Shown one piece after another: positions 50,948 through 61,005 of a DNA stretch of 64,000 nt. The notes beneath the pieces were generated by a model. The model ran no database searches. It was not told the DNA's origin and worked only from the letters and a program-made list of their open reading frames with translations. The translations under genes were made by a program, and so were the position numbers. Source of the DNA: an uncultured delta proteobacterium (GTDB lineage: Bacteria > Myxococcota_A > UBA9160 > UBA4427); NCBI GenBank assembly GCA_963822965.1, contig CAWGJT010000005.1, positions 672,001 through 736,000 on the forward strand. The letters run 5' to 3'. Position 1 is the stretch's first letter. Each line of letters opens with the position of its first letter.

Positions 50948-52684
50948 ATGAAGGGCTACCTCACCGACGCCGTCCTCCTCTACGTCAACGAGCTCATCGA
51001 CTGGGAGAGCTACTACCACTGGAAGAAGGGGGCGGACGTCGACGTCGCTTCCGAACGCGCGGCGCTCGTCGAGATCCTGGAGACGGCGGCCAACGTGTGC
51101 CAGGAGATCGAGGAGACGACCCGCGATGGCTGGCACGAAGCGGCGCAGCTCGTGGACGGCGAGGTCGTCTACCCGGAGCACATCCGCCGTGGCTACGAGA
51201 AGCTCGTCGAGGTGGGGCTCATCAGCTTCGGCGTCGAGGCGAAGTACGGGGGCTTCGAGCTGCCCGGCGTGGTCGAGAACATCATCATCCAGATGATCGC
51301 CCGCGCCGACGCCGGGCTCATGACGATCATCGGCCTGCAGGCCGGCGTCTCCGAGGACATCCAGCTCTACGCGAGCGAGGAGCTGAAGGCCGCCTACCTG
51401 CCGCGCTTCGCGTCGGGCGAGGTGATGGGCGCGATGGATCTCACCGAGCCCCAGGCGGGCTCGGACCTGGGGGCCATCACGACCCGCGCGGTGGAGCGCG
51501 ACGGCCGCCACTTCCTTTCCGGCCAGAAGATCTTCATCACCAACGGCGGCTGCGAGATCCACCTGGTGCTCGCGCGGGACGACGACACCTTCGAGCAGTC
51601 GAAGGGGACGACCCGCGGCCTCTCGCTGTACCTCTGCCCGCGCACGCTGCCGGACGGGAGCCGCAACGGGCTCACCGTCGAGCGGCTCGAGCACAAGCTG
51701 GGAATCCACGGCTCACCCACCGCCGCCATCCGCTTCGACGACGCCGAGGCGTTTCTCGTGGGAACGAAGGGCGAGGGGTTCAAGGCCATGCTCACCCTGA
51801 TGAACACGGCGCGCCTCGGCGTCGCCGCCCAGGGCATCGGCATCGCCGAGGCCGCGCTGGTGACGGCGGTGCGCTACGCCGAGCAGCGGACCCAGTTCGG
51901 CGCGCCGATCCTCGAGCAGCCGCTCATCAAGGACATGCTGGCGCGCATGACGATCGACCTGGAGGGCAGCCGCGCCCTGCTCTACCGCGCGTGTCGTCTG
52001 CTCGACCGCAACCGGGCGATCGAGCAGGCCCTGATGCGTTCCGCCGAGACGAACGAGTACTCCGAGGCCGAACGCGTCGAGATGGAGGAGCTGCGCCAGA
52101 AGAACGACACCCGCCTCCGCCTGCTGACCCCGCTGGCCAAGTTCATGGCCACGGAGGCCGCGGACGAGATCACCCGCAACGCCATCCAGGTCCACGGCGG
52201 CATCGGCTTCATGGCCGAGTCCGAGGTCGGCAAGCTGCACAGCGACGCGATCATCACGACGATCTACGAGGGCACGTCGGAGATCCAGGTCTCCTTCGCC
52301 CTGAAGGAGATCGGCAAGGGCGCCCTCGCGGGCACCTTCGAGGCGCTCGAGAATGAGCTCGCAGCCTTCGAGGACCCGCAGCTGCGCGAGTACGCCGACA
52401 AGGTGCGCCACGGCATGAAGCTCATCATGGACGCCACCAGCGCCTTGATGGCCGACTTCGGATACGCCCTGATGTCGGCACGTTCGCTGGCGGAGGTGGT
52501 CATCGCCGTGATCGTCGGGGCGGAGCTACTGAAGCAGGCCGGGCACGATCCCCGGCGATTCGACCTGGCCGCCTCCTGGATCAACCGACGCATGGTCGAC
52601 CTCGAGAGCCGAACGCAGCGCATCAAGGAAGGATCCGTCGAGCGCCTCGACCGGGCTGCGAGGATCATCGACCTGGTTCGTTGA
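50948..52684 (+). CDS. Acyl-CoA dehydrogenase
   Basis: MDLTEPQAGSDL, GQKIFITNG, KLGIHGSPT, R.QFG, QVHGGIG and IYEGTSEIQ. Confidence 0.93.
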   Translation: MKGYLTDAVLLYVNELIDWESYYHWKKGADVDVASERAALVEILETAANVCQEIEETTRDGWHEAAQLVDGEVVYPEHIRRGYEKLVEVGLISFGVEAKYGGFELPGVVENIIIQMIARADAGLMTIIGLQAGVSEDIQLYASEELKAAYLPRFASGEVMGAMDLTEPQAGSDLGAITTRAVERDGRHFLSGQKIFITNGGCEIHLVLARDDDTFEQSKGTTRGLSLYLCPRTLPDGSRNGLTVERLEHKLGIHGSPTAAIRFDDAEAFLVGTKGEGFKAMLTLMNTARLGVAAQGIGIAEAALVTAVRYAEQRTQFGAPILEQPLIKDMLARMTIDLEGSRALLYRACRLLDRNRAIEQALMRSAETNEYSEAERVEMEELRQKNDTRLRLLTPLAKFMATEAADEITRNAIQVHGGIGFMAESEVGKLHSDAIITTIYEGTSEIQVSFALKEIGKGALAGTFEALENELAAFEDPQLREYADKVRHGMKLIMDATSALMADFGYALMSARSLAEVVIAVIVGAELLKQAGHDPRRFDLAASWINRRMVDLESRTQRIKEGSVERLDRAARIIDLVR

Positions 52685-52696
52685 AGCGGGGACCGC

Positions 52697-53152
52697 GTGC
52701 ACGTGCGCCCCTATCGAGCCGCGGACGAAGCGGCGGTGGTCGCCGTCTGGAACCAGACGAAGCGGGTCGCCTACCCCTACCTGCCGGACGAAGCCACGCG
52801 CCGCCTGGAAGAGGACGCGGCCTTCTTCCGGGAGAACGTGGCGCCGCGCTGCCGCATCTGGCTCGCCTGCGAAGACGAGACCGTGAGGGGCTTCCTGGCC
52901 CTCGCCGGCAGCTACGTCGATCGGCTCTACATCCACCCGAGCCACCAACGCGCCGGCGTGGGCCGGGTGCTGCTCGAACACGCCAAGCGGCTGTGCCCCG
53001 ACGGACTGGCGCTGCACACGCACCAGCAGAACGTCTCCGCCTGCGCGTTCTACGAGAAGCACGGCTTCCGCGCGATCCGCTTCGGCTCGAGCCCGCCGCC
53101 GGAGCGCTCGCCCGACGTCGAGTATCGTTGGCGACCGGCGCCCCCGCCCTGA
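52697..53152 (+). CDS. GNAT-family N-acetyltransferase
   Basis: LYIHPSHQRAGVG and N..A..FYEKHGF. Confidence 0.9.
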   Translation: MHVRPYRAADEAAVVAVWNQTKRVAYPYLPDEATRRLEEDAAFFRENVAPRCRIWLACEDETVRGFLALAGSYVDRLYIHPSHQRAGVGRVLLEHAKRLCPDGLALHTHQQNVSACAFYEKHGFRAIRFGSSPPPERSPDVEYRWRPAPPP

Positions 53153-53183
53153 GCCGCCGCGCGAGCGCTCGAGAGGAGAGCCG

Positions 53184-53786
53184 ATGTCCCGCCGAGCGGC
53201 CCCGCCGCGACCCACCTTCATCCGACACGTGAGCGAGCTCGCTTCCGGCGAGGTGATCTGGCCCGGCTCCGACGAGGTGCTGGCGATCCGGACGCCGCTG
53301 TCGCGACCGTTGGGGCTCACGCGGCTCGGCGTCCACCACGAGGTGCTGGCGCCGGGGCATCGCAGCAGCCTGCCGCACGCCGAGGCGACGGAGGAGGAGT
53401 GCGTCTACGTCCTCGAGGGTCATCCCCAGGCCTGGATCGACGGCGAGCTGCATCCGCTCCGGCCCGACGACATCGTCGTCTTCGCACCCGGTACCGGCGT
53501 GCGCCACACCATCACGAACCCCACGGACGAGCCCGTGCGCCTGCTCGTGATCGGCGAGCGGGTCGCCGTGAGTCGGCGACGCGTGGGGCGCTTCCGGGAG
53601 TGGCTGCAGGCGACCCATCCCGAACGCGGAGCGCCCGAAGGGATGGCACCCGGTGAGCTGCTCGCGCTGGCGGACGCGTTCGAGGGCGGCGCCGTCTCGC
53701 GCAATCGCGGCCTGCGGGAGAGCTGGCGGGTCGGCTTCGTCGACCACCTCTACGAGCGGCGCTCGGACTTCGAGGAAGGCGACTGA
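53184..53786 (+). CDS. Cupin-domain protein with a C-terminal extension
   Basis: L.PG..SS.PHAE..EEECVYVLEG and F.PGTG..H...N. Confidence 0.82.
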   Translation: MSRRAAPPRPTFIRHVSELASGEVIWPGSDEVLAIRTPLSRPLGLTRLGVHHEVLAPGHRSSLPHAEATEEECVYVLEGHPQAWIDGELHPLRPDDIVVFAPGTGVRHTITNPTDEPVRLLVIGERVAVSRRRVGRFREWLQATHPERGAPEGMAPGELLALADAFEGGAVSRNRGLRESWRVGFVDHLYERRSDFEEGD

Positions 53787-53853
53787 TGCCGCCCCGGAGC
53801 CACGGTTCCGCCGCAAAGGGACCCAGCGGGCTCCCTCAGCTAACGTCGTGCCG

Positions 53854-54891
53854 ATGACAGCGGCGCAACGGGCGGGCCAGCTCCTCTTCTGCGGCTTCGA
53901 GGGCACGAGCGTGCCCGACGATCTCGCGTCGCGGGTCGAGGCGGGGCGCGTCGGCGGCGTCGTCCTCTTCTCGCGCAACATCGAGAGCCCCGAGCAGATC
54001 CTCGACCTGACGATGCGCCTGCACGCGCTCGCACCGGCGGGCGCGCCGCTGCTCGTCTGCATCGACCAGGAGGGCGGACGCGTCCAGCGGCTTCGCCACC
54101 CCTGGACCGAATGGCCGCCGATGCGCCGCCTGGGCGAGACGCAGGACCCGGCCCTCACGGAGGCGGTGGCGCGCGCCCTCGCGCGGGAGCTGCTCGACGC
54201 GGGCATCGGCCTCGACTTCGCGCCCTGCGTGGACGTGGACACCAATCCAGCCAATCCCGTCATCGGCGATCGCAGCTTCGGCCGCGATCCGGCGGTCGTC
54301 TCGCAGCACGCCGTCCACTTCATCCGCGCCATGCAGCAGGCGGGTGTCGCCGCCTGCGCGAAGCACTTCCCCGGCCACGGCGACACCTCGAGCGACAGCC
54401 ACCTGGAGCTCCCACGGCTGGACCACGACCTCGCGCGACTGCGGGCCGTCGAGCTGCCACCCTTCCAGGCCGCCGTCCGAGCCGGGGTCGCCAGCGTGAT
54501 GACGGCGCACGTGCTGTTCCCGGCGCTCGACGGCGAGCGCCCCGCCACCCTGTCGCCCGCCGTGATGGGGCTGCTGCGCGACGAGCTCGGCTACGACGGC
54601 CTGGTCTTCTCCGACGACCTCGAGATGAAGGCGGTGGCCGACCACTACCCGCCGGACGCGCTCGTGGACGAGAGCCTGCGAGCGGGGGTCGACGCCTTCC
54701 TGGTCTGCCGGCGGGCCGACCTGCGGGACGAGGTGCTCGGCCGCCTCGAGGTGACCCCGGCGTCCCGACTCGCGCGTGGCCTGGCCCGCATGGCGGCCCT
54801 CAAGGCACGCTACGCCGGCAACCGTCCGACGGGCGAGCGCCCCCCGTACGACGCGCACGCGGCCCTGGCGGCACGGCTCACCGCCGCCTGA
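53854..54891 (+). CDS. nagZ: Beta-N-acetylhexosaminidase (GH3)
   Basis: DQEGGRVQR, IGDRSFG, KHFPGHGDTSSDSH and SDDLEM. Confidence 0.9.
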   Translation: MTAAQRAGQLLFCGFEGTSVPDDLASRVEAGRVGGVVLFSRNIESPEQILDLTMRLHALAPAGAPLLVCIDQEGGRVQRLRHPWTEWPPMRRLGETQDPALTEAVARALARELLDAGIGLDFAPCVDVDTNPANPVIGDRSFGRDPAVVSQHAVHFIRAMQQAGVAACAKHFPGHGDTSSDSHLELPRLDHDLARLRAVELPPFQAAVRAGVASVMTAHVLFPALDGERPATLSPAVMGLLRDELGYDGLVFSDDLEMKAVADHYPPDALVDESLRAGVDAFLVCRRADLRDEVLGRLEVTPASRLARGLARMAALKARYAGNRPTGERPPYDAHAALAARLTAA

Positions 54892-54960
54892 CCCGCGCCG
54901 GCCGACCCCTCGCGACACCGCCCCGTGCTACACCGACCGCGGTCGAACGACCGGGGCCAC

Positions 54961-55000
54961 GGCGGACACGAGCGGACACCTCCGAACACCTCCGAACGCC
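54961..55000 (+). repeat. Four phased 10-bp direct repeats upstream of the regulator/MMPL operon
   Basis: ggCGGACACg agCGGACACc tcCGAACACc tcCGAACgCc. Confidence 0.7.
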
Positions 55001-55018
55001 GCACGGGCCAGAAAAGCG

Positions 55019-55047
55019 TTGACCCTGCGGTCGCATACAGGGATAAG
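55019..55047 (+). promoter_or_regulatory. Sigma70-type promoter candidate
   Basis: TTGACC-N17-GATAAG, followed by a GGAGG RBS and the ATG at 55074. Confidence 0.45.
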
Positions 55048-55073
55048 GGTCATGAATGCACGGAGGCTCCCAC

Positions 55074-56390
55074 ATGACCGCAAGCGCGCTCTCTCCCTCG
55101 ATGCCACACGTGGCGGCGGGCCCGCCCGGCGGCGGCCGGGAGGGCGTCGCCTCCCCGACGGTGCTCGTCGTCGACGACCAGGAACGGGCGCGGGAGCTGC
55201 TCACCGCGGAGCTCCGGGCGGCGGGGTTCCCGGTGGTCGCCGCGAGCGACGGGGAGGAGGGCTGGCAGCACTTCTGCAGTCGCAGCCCGGGCGTCGTCGT
55301 GACCGACATGAGCATGCCCCGCTGCGACGGGATCGAGCTGCTGCGGCGCATCCGCTCCCGGTCGGACGTCCCCGTCATCGTCTTCAGTGGACACGGATCG
55401 ATCGAGAGCGCCGCGGAGGCCTTCAAGGCCGGCGCGGACGACTTCGTGAGCTCCCTCGACGTGGAGATCGACGACCTGGTGGCGCTGGTGCGGAGGTCGG
55501 CGCGGGCGACTCCGGCCCCGCCGAGCCGCGGCGACCTCGAGCAGCGCCTGGTGGGAGAGAGCGCCGCCATCGAGCGGATCCGCTGGCGGCTCTCGGGGCT
55601 CGCGCCGCTCTCGACCCCCGTCCTCGTGACGGGCGAGCCGGGCACGGGTCGCAGCACGGCCGTACGGGCCATGCACGAGCTCGGTGCCACCACGAGCGGC
55701 GAGCTGCACGTGCTCGACGCGCGCGCGTTCGTCCCGGCGGAATTTCCGCAGACCGGCGCCATCCGGGGCGTCCACCTGCGCGACGTAGAGCACCTGAGCC
55801 CGCAGGCCCAGCGCTACTGGTCCGGCCGCCTCGGCCGGGAGGAGACCTCGAGCCTGCCCGCCACCACCCGGCTCTTCGCCACCACGTCCGCGCCGCTCGC
55901 CTCCCTGGTGCGGAGCGGCGACTTCGACGCGCGCCTCGGCCGTTCGCTGCTGCGCTTCGAGGTGGAGATGCCGCCCCTGCGAGAGCGGACGGGCGACGTT
56001 CCGGCCATCGCCCGGGTCATGCTGCTGCGGATCGGCCGGGCCGTCGGCCGGCCGCGCATCCAGCTCTCGCCCGCGGCGCTTCGCTATCTCGAAGGCTGTC
56101 GCCTGCCCGAGAACCTGCACCAGCTGGAGCGCCTGCTCGAGCGAGCCGTCGCGTACTCGCTCGGCAAGGTGATCCGTCGCCAGACCCTGCAGGAGATCCT
56201 GGCGGATCTCGAGAGCACGATCGCCGGCATGCGCGAGGAGCGCCAGCTGCTCGAACGCGAGCGCCTGCTCGAGACGCTCCAGGCGACGGGTGGCAACATC
56301 ACCCATACCGCCGCGATCCTCGGGAAGAGTCGGGCAGCGATCTATCGCCTGATCGCGAAGCACGACATTCCCCTGACCCGGCGCTCCTGA
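55074..56390 (+). CDS. NtrC/AtoC-like regulator (REC-AAA-Fis HTH) with a degenerate AAA+ domain
   Basis: VLVVDD and TDMSMP receiver; LVGES, PVLVTGEPGTGRS and PPLRER; GGNITHTAAILGKSRAAIYRL helix-turn-helix. No GAFTGA motif. Confidence 0.85.
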   Translation: MTASALSPSMPHVAAGPPGGGREGVASPTVLVVDDQERARELLTAELRAAGFPVVAASDGEEGWQHFCSRSPGVVVTDMSMPRCDGIELLRRIRSRSDVPVIVFSGHGSIESAAEAFKAGADDFVSSLDVEIDDLVALVRRSARATPAPPSRGDLEQRLVGESAAIERIRWRLSGLAPLSTPVLVTGEPGTGRSTAVRAMHELGATTSGELHVLDARAFVPAEFPQTGAIRGVHLRDVEHLSPQAQRYWSGRLGREETSSLPATTRLFATTSAPLASLVRSGDFDARLGRSLLRFEVEMPPLRERTGDVPAIARVMLLRIGRAVGRPRIQLSPAALRYLEGCRLPENLHQLERLLERAVAYSLGKVIRRQTLQEILADLESTIAGMREERQLLERERLLETLQATGGNITHTAAILGKSRAAIYRLIAKHDIPLTRRS

Positions 56391-56400
56391 GCGCGGACCC

Positions 56401-59400
56401 GTGCATCGGCTCACCCGCGCCTGTCTCGCGAGGCCGGGAGCGGCGCTGATCCTGCTCGCGGTGGGGACCGCCGTCTTCGGTCTGGGCCTGCCGCGGGTGC
56501 ATCCGGAGTTCGGATATCGGGTGCTGATCGGCGACGACCACCCCGCGGTCCGCCGGCTCGACGCCTTCATCGCGCGCTTCGGAGGCGGGCTGCCGATCCA
56601 GATCGGCTGGGCGTGCGGTCCCGGCCTGCCCTGCCGAAGCGTCTTCGATCGCGATTCGCTCGCGATGGCGCACGCGGTGACGACCGCCCTGCAGTCCGAA
56701 GCCGGCGTCCACGAGGTGATCGGGCCGGCCAACGCCCCCCTGCTCGTTCCCCAGGACGACGGATTCGCGGTCCGACGACTCGTCGAGAACGGACGCATCG
56801 CCAACGACGCCTCTCGCCTGGCCCAGCGGGCCGGCGAGGACCCGCTGTGGCGCGGAGCGTTGGTCGACTCGGCGGGCACGGCGGCCACCCTCGTCGTGCA
56901 GCCCGTGGACAGCACGCCCCGGACCAGTGCCCGGGTGAGCGCGGCGGTCCGCCGGGTGCTCGAGCCCTTCGAGGCGGCGGGCTTCCACTTCCACCTCACC
57001 GGCGATCCGATCCAGAACGGCATCGTCGGCCGCGAGCTCGCCGAGAGCACCTCCCGCCTGATCCCGTTCACGGTCCTGGTGATCGGTCTCATCCTCTACG
57101 GGCTCTCGCGCTCGCTGCAGGTGACGGCGGTGGCGCTCACCACGCTGGGCGTCGCGCTGGTGTGGACCTTCGGGCTGTTGGGCTTCCTGGCATGGCCCCA
57201 GGACGGGATCCTCGAGGTGCTGGCGCCGCTCGTGCTGGTGGTGGGCGTCTGCGATTCGGTGCACCTGCTCGCCGAGTACCACGCCAGCCTCGGGATCCGC
57301 GATCCGGCGCGCGCCGCACGCGCACGGGCGCTCGTGCGAGCCGCGCGCCGCATCGCCGGACCCTGCCTGCTCACCACCCTCACGACGGCCGCGGCCTTTC
57401 TCTCGTTCGTGACCAGCGATCTCGCCACCTTCGTCCGCTTCGGCGCCATCGCGGCGTTCGGCGTCCTGGCGTGCCTGCTGCTCACGTTCAGCCTGCTGCC
57501 GCTGCTCGTGCTCCTGCTGCCGCACCGGGACGCGCGCGCCGCCGTCTCCCGCACGTGGAGCGTCGCCCTCGAGTCCGTGCTCCGCACGAGCGAGCGGCGC
57601 GCCGTTCCCATCCTCGTGATCGCGGGGATCGTGCTCGCGGTGTGCGCGGCGGGCTGGGCCCTGCACCTGCGGGTCGACCACCAGTGGACCGAATCCCTGG
57701 GCGAGGACAGCCAGGTCGTTCGGTCCTGGCGCTTCATGGAGGAACGCATCGGTCGCTCGGACACCCTGGAGGTCGAGGTGGTGCCGGCGCCCGGGACACC
57801 GATCGAGGACCCGCGCAGCCTGGCGGCCGTCGCCGCGCTCGCGGACTTCCTCGGAGGCCTCGAGAACCTGCGCGAGCCCCGCAGCGTGGTCGACATCGTA
57901 CGCCGCGTGAACCGGCTGCTGCACGGGGACCGTGCGGAGCACGAGCGCATCGGCGCCACCACCGGAGCCAACGCCGAGATCCTCGAGCTGGTGGGGCTCG
58001 ACGATCCGGTCCTGCTGGCGAGCTGGCTGAGCTTCGACCGGCGGCGGCTGCGCATCTCCGTCGGCGCACCCGAGCAGGCCTTCTCCACCCGGAAGCGCGT
58101 GATGCAGGGCCTCGCCGACTACGCGGCCACGCACCTGCCCGACGGCTGGCAGGCGCTTCCGACGGGGCGCGTTGCCATGCAGTTCGCGTGGATCCGGGAC
58201 GTGCAGGCGACCCAGCTGCGCTCCTTCCCCACGGCGCTCGTCCTGGTGGGGGTGATGCTGGCCGTCTTCCTGCGCTCCGGCCGGCTGGCCCTCGCGGCCC
58301 TGGTTCCGAGCGTGCTGCCGGTGGTCGTCACCCTGGGGACCATGGGCTGGGTGGGCATGACCCTCGACGTGGGCCGGGCCATGATCGCGGCGGTGGTGCT
58401 GGGCATCGCCGTCGACGACAGCATCCACATTCTGCACCGCTACCGGACGCGAAGGCTCGAGGGCGACGAGCCGCGGCGGGCCATCCGCGAGGCGATCCAG
58501 CACACGGGGCGGGCGGTCGTCACCACGTCGCTCGCCCTGGCGCTGGGCTTCCTCACCCTGATGGCCTCCGCGTGGCAGTCCATCGCGAGCTTCGGCTTCT
58601 TCGTGGCCCTCGCCATCCTGGGTGCGCTGCTGGCGTCCCTGTTCGTGCTGCCCGCGCTGATCTTCGCCTTCTCGCGCGACCGGGAGGCCTCGTCCGAGCG
58701 GAAGCGATCGGGTCGCACGCGCCGGCTGGCGAGCCTGGCGGTAGTGCTCCCGGTCGTGGCCGCCTCCGCGTCGGCGATCGCCTGGACCGTCACCGACGGC
58801 AGCCGCTGGCAGGCTCCCTGCTGGCTGCTGCCCCGGGCCCACGTGCTGAAGCTGCCCGGCGCAGGCCGCTGCCCGCTGGAGCTGCTGGACCAGATCCGCT
58901 GGGTCCAGGACGGCGACGGCCGGCGACGGACCGTGAGCGGCGCCACCGACGCACGGGCCGCGATCGAGGCAGCCGGACCGGACCCCACCCTCGGCGTGCT
59001 CCGCCGCGGGCAGGAACGCAGCGTCGTGCTGCGGCTCGAGCCGAGCACGCGGCTGCAACGGGCCGGAGGAACCGCGACCGGTGTGGCCCTGGCCTGGGGG
59101 CTCCTCCTCCTGCCGGTGCTGCTTCTCCTGAACTCCCGGGCTCGGGCAGCGCTACCCCTCGCGATCTTCTACTCGGCGACCGGGGTCGTGCTCATCGCGG
59201 CGCTCGCGAGCCCGCCCTCGCAGCTGCTGAGCGCGGCGTCCGTCGCCGCCCTGCTCGTGGCGCCCGCCGCACTCGCACAGCTCTGCATGCTCTTTCCCGT
59301 GGAGTCCCGCATCGTGCGGCAGGCGCCGCGTCTCGTCTGGGCCCCGTACCTCGCGAGCGCGGGCCTCGCCGCGACGGCGTTCCTCGTGCTCGATCGTGCG

Positions 59401-61005
59401 CCGCTGCTCTGGCCCACGTTCGTCTATCTGCTGCTCGGCCTGTGCGGCGGGGCCTGGCTCGTGCTGATGCTGGCCTGTGCGTTCTCGGTGCGGGAAGCCG
59501 CGTCCAGCGTCGGCCGTGCGAGGGCGCGCTTCGTCTTCTTCTCGAGCCTGGCGCTGCCCGCCGCCCTCGCGCTGCCCCTCACCTGGGACGACAGCCCGTC
59601 ACAGATGGCGGCGGCCTATCTCTGGTGCTCGTCCCTGGTGGTGCCGCTCCCGATCGGGTTCGCCATCAGCCGCTACAACCTCTTCGACCTGGGCTGGCAT
59701 GCCCGGCGGGCCAGCGCCCGCGTCGTCTACTTCCTGGCGGGTGCGCTGGGCGTCGCGGGCTCGATGCACCTCGCCGTTCGGGCACTCGACCCGACCCGCC
59801 CGCCGCGGGACTTCGGCACGCTCTTCCTCACCGCCCTCGGCTGCATGGTCGCCGCGGAGGGCCTGCGTCGCCCGATCCTGGGCTGGCTCGAGTCGACCCT
59901 GTCGCCGCGTCTCGAGGCGCTGCGGGCCCTGCGCGAGCGCTCGTCGCGACGCATGGCGAGCCTCTCCGGCGAGCACGAGATCAGCCGCCGCCTGCTGCGG
60001 ACGCTGCAGGCCGGCATCCGATTCTCGTCGGCATGGGTGGTGTTCGAGCGAACCGGAGCGTGGGAGCCGGCGCAGTCGATCGGAGACGTCGCGCCCGCAG
60101 CGCCGGCCGCCATGCAGCAGGCGGCGCTGCTCGTGCACGACCGGGACGTGGTAGACCTGTCCTCCCGGGAGCCCGGTGATCCCAGCCCCCTCGCCGACCA
60201 CGGAATCCACGTCGTCGCCTCGCTTCGGCACGGGGAGGAGATGCTGGGTCTCGTGCTGCTCGGCGCGCCCGCCCGGAACGCCGCCCTGGCGGGCTGCGAG
60301 CTGGACTTCGTGGCGGGTGTCTGCGCCCAGGCGGCGATCGCCATCCACAACTCGCGGGCGGCGGACGAACGTGCCGCCGTCGAGCGACACGCCGCCACCG
60401 CCCGGGTGGCCGTCGACCTGATGCAGGACGTGGGCAAGGACCTCGGCTGGATGCGCGGGCTGGCCGCCCGGCTGGCGGCACGCGCCCAGCATGAGCCCGG
60501 GCTGCAAGCCGCCGCGTGTCAGGTGAGAGACCTGGCGGACTCGGTCGCGGGGCGCCTGCGCGCATTCGCCCGGGACGCCGCTTCCCGCGGTGACGACCCG
60601 CCCGGCACCGAGCGCCTGGACGAGCTGCTCGAACGCTGCGTGCGAGCGCTGTGCTCACGGCACGGCAAGCAGCGCGTCCGCCTGCGACACGAGCCGGTCG
60701 CGCGCGGTGTCCGGTGCCACGAGAACGTGGGACGCGTGCTCCTGCACCTGGTCGAGCACGCGATCCGGGACACCCATCCCCGCCAGACGGTGGAGATCTC
60801 GACGGACCTCGACGCCGACGGCTGGCTGAACCTGCGCGTGGAGACGGACGGAGGGCCCGCTGCGGTGGCACGCAGCTTCGAGCTCGCCCTCTCGTGCGAC
60901 ATGGCCGAGGCCCTGGGCGGGAGCATCGAGCTGTCGGTCCCGGCGGCCGGCCGCCGGCGCGCGAACCTGCACCTGCCCCTCGCGGAGCACCCCCGACTTG
61001 TGTGA
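56401..61005 (+). CDS. MMPL/RND-family transporter fused to PDZ-like, multi-TM sensor, GAF and pseudo-histidine-kinase domains
   Basis: Two MMPL halves (VGVCDSVH...LTTLTTAAAFLSF; LGIAVDDSIH...TGRAVVTTS...VLPAL), then DQI..V...VLRRGQ, L..LFP...FAISRYNLFD, GEEMLGLVLLG...QAAIAIHN and a HisKA/HATPase-like C-terminus. One uninterrupted 1534-codon ORF. Confidence 0.8.
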   Translation: MHRLTRACLARPGAALILLAVGTAVFGLGLPRVHPEFGYRVLIGDDHPAVRRLDAFIARFGGGLPIQIGWACGPGLPCRSVFDRDSLAMAHAVTTALQSEAGVHEVIGPANAPLLVPQDDGFAVRRLVENGRIANDASRLAQRAGEDPLWRGALVDSAGTAATLVVQPVDSTPRTSARVSAAVRRVLEPFEAAGFHFHLTGDPIQNGIVGRELAESTSRLIPFTVLVIGLILYGLSRSLQVTAVALTTLGVALVWTFGLLGFLAWPQDGILEVLAPLVLVVGVCDSVHLLAEYHASLGIRDPARAARARALVRAARRIAGPCLLTTLTTAAAFLSFVTSDLATFVRFGAIAAFGVLACLLLTFSLLPLLVLLLPHRDARAAVSRTWSVALESVLRTSERRAVPILVIAGIVLAVCAAGWALHLRVDHQWTESLGEDSQVVRSWRFMEERIGRSDTLEVEVVPAPGTPIEDPRSLAAVAALADFLGGLENLREPRSVVDIVRRVNRLLHGDRAEHERIGATTGANAEILELVGLDDPVLLASWLSFDRRRLRISVGAPEQAFSTRKRVMQGLADYAATHLPDGWQALPTGRVAMQFAWIRDVQATQLRSFPTALVLVGVMLAVFLRSGRLALAALVPSVLPVVVTLGTMGWVGMTLDVGRAMIAAVVLGIAVDDSIHILHRYRTRRLEGDEPRRAIREAIQHTGRAVVTTSLALALGFLTLMASAWQSIASFGFFVALAILGALLASLFVLPALIFAFSRDREASSERKRSGRTRRLASLAVVLPVVAASASAIAWTVTDGSRWQAPCWLLPRAHVLKLPGAGRCPLELLDQIRWVQDGDGRRRTVSGATDARAAIEAAGPDPTLGVLRRGQERSVVLRLEPSTRLQRAGGTATGVALAWGLLLLPVLLLLNSRARAALPLAIFYSATGVVLIAALASPPSQLLSAASVAALLVAPAALAQLCMLFPVESRIVRQAPRLVWAPYLASAGLAATAFLVLDRAPLLWPTFVYLLLGLCGGAWLVLMLACAFSVREAASSVGRARARFVFFSSLALPAALALPLTWDDSPSQMAAAYLWCSSLVVPLPIGFAISRYNLFDLGWHARRASARVVYFLAGALGVAGSMHLAVRALDPTRPPRDFGTLFLTALGCMVAAEGLRRPILGWLESTLSPRLEALRALRERSSRRMASLSGEHEISRRLLRTLQAGIRFSSAWVVFERTGAWEPAQSIGDVAPAAPAAMQQAALLVHDRDVVDLSSREPGDPSPLADHGIHVVASLRHGEEMLGLVLLGAPARNAALAGCELDFVAGVCAQAAIAIHNSRAADERAAVERHAATARVAVDLMQDVGKDLGWMRGLAARLAARAQHEPGLQAAACQVRDLADSVAGRLRAFARDAASRGDDPPGTERLDELLERCVRALCSRHGKQRVRLRHEPVARGVRCHENVGRVLLHLVEHAIRDTHPRQTVEISTDLDADGWLNLRVETDGGPAAVARSFELALSCDMAEALGGSIELSVPAAGRRRANLHLPLAEHPRLV

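Noticed and set aside
54961..55000. Short repeats as a CRISPR array or iterons
   Set aside because: The units are 10 bp and contiguous with no spacers, and no cas or rep genes are present.
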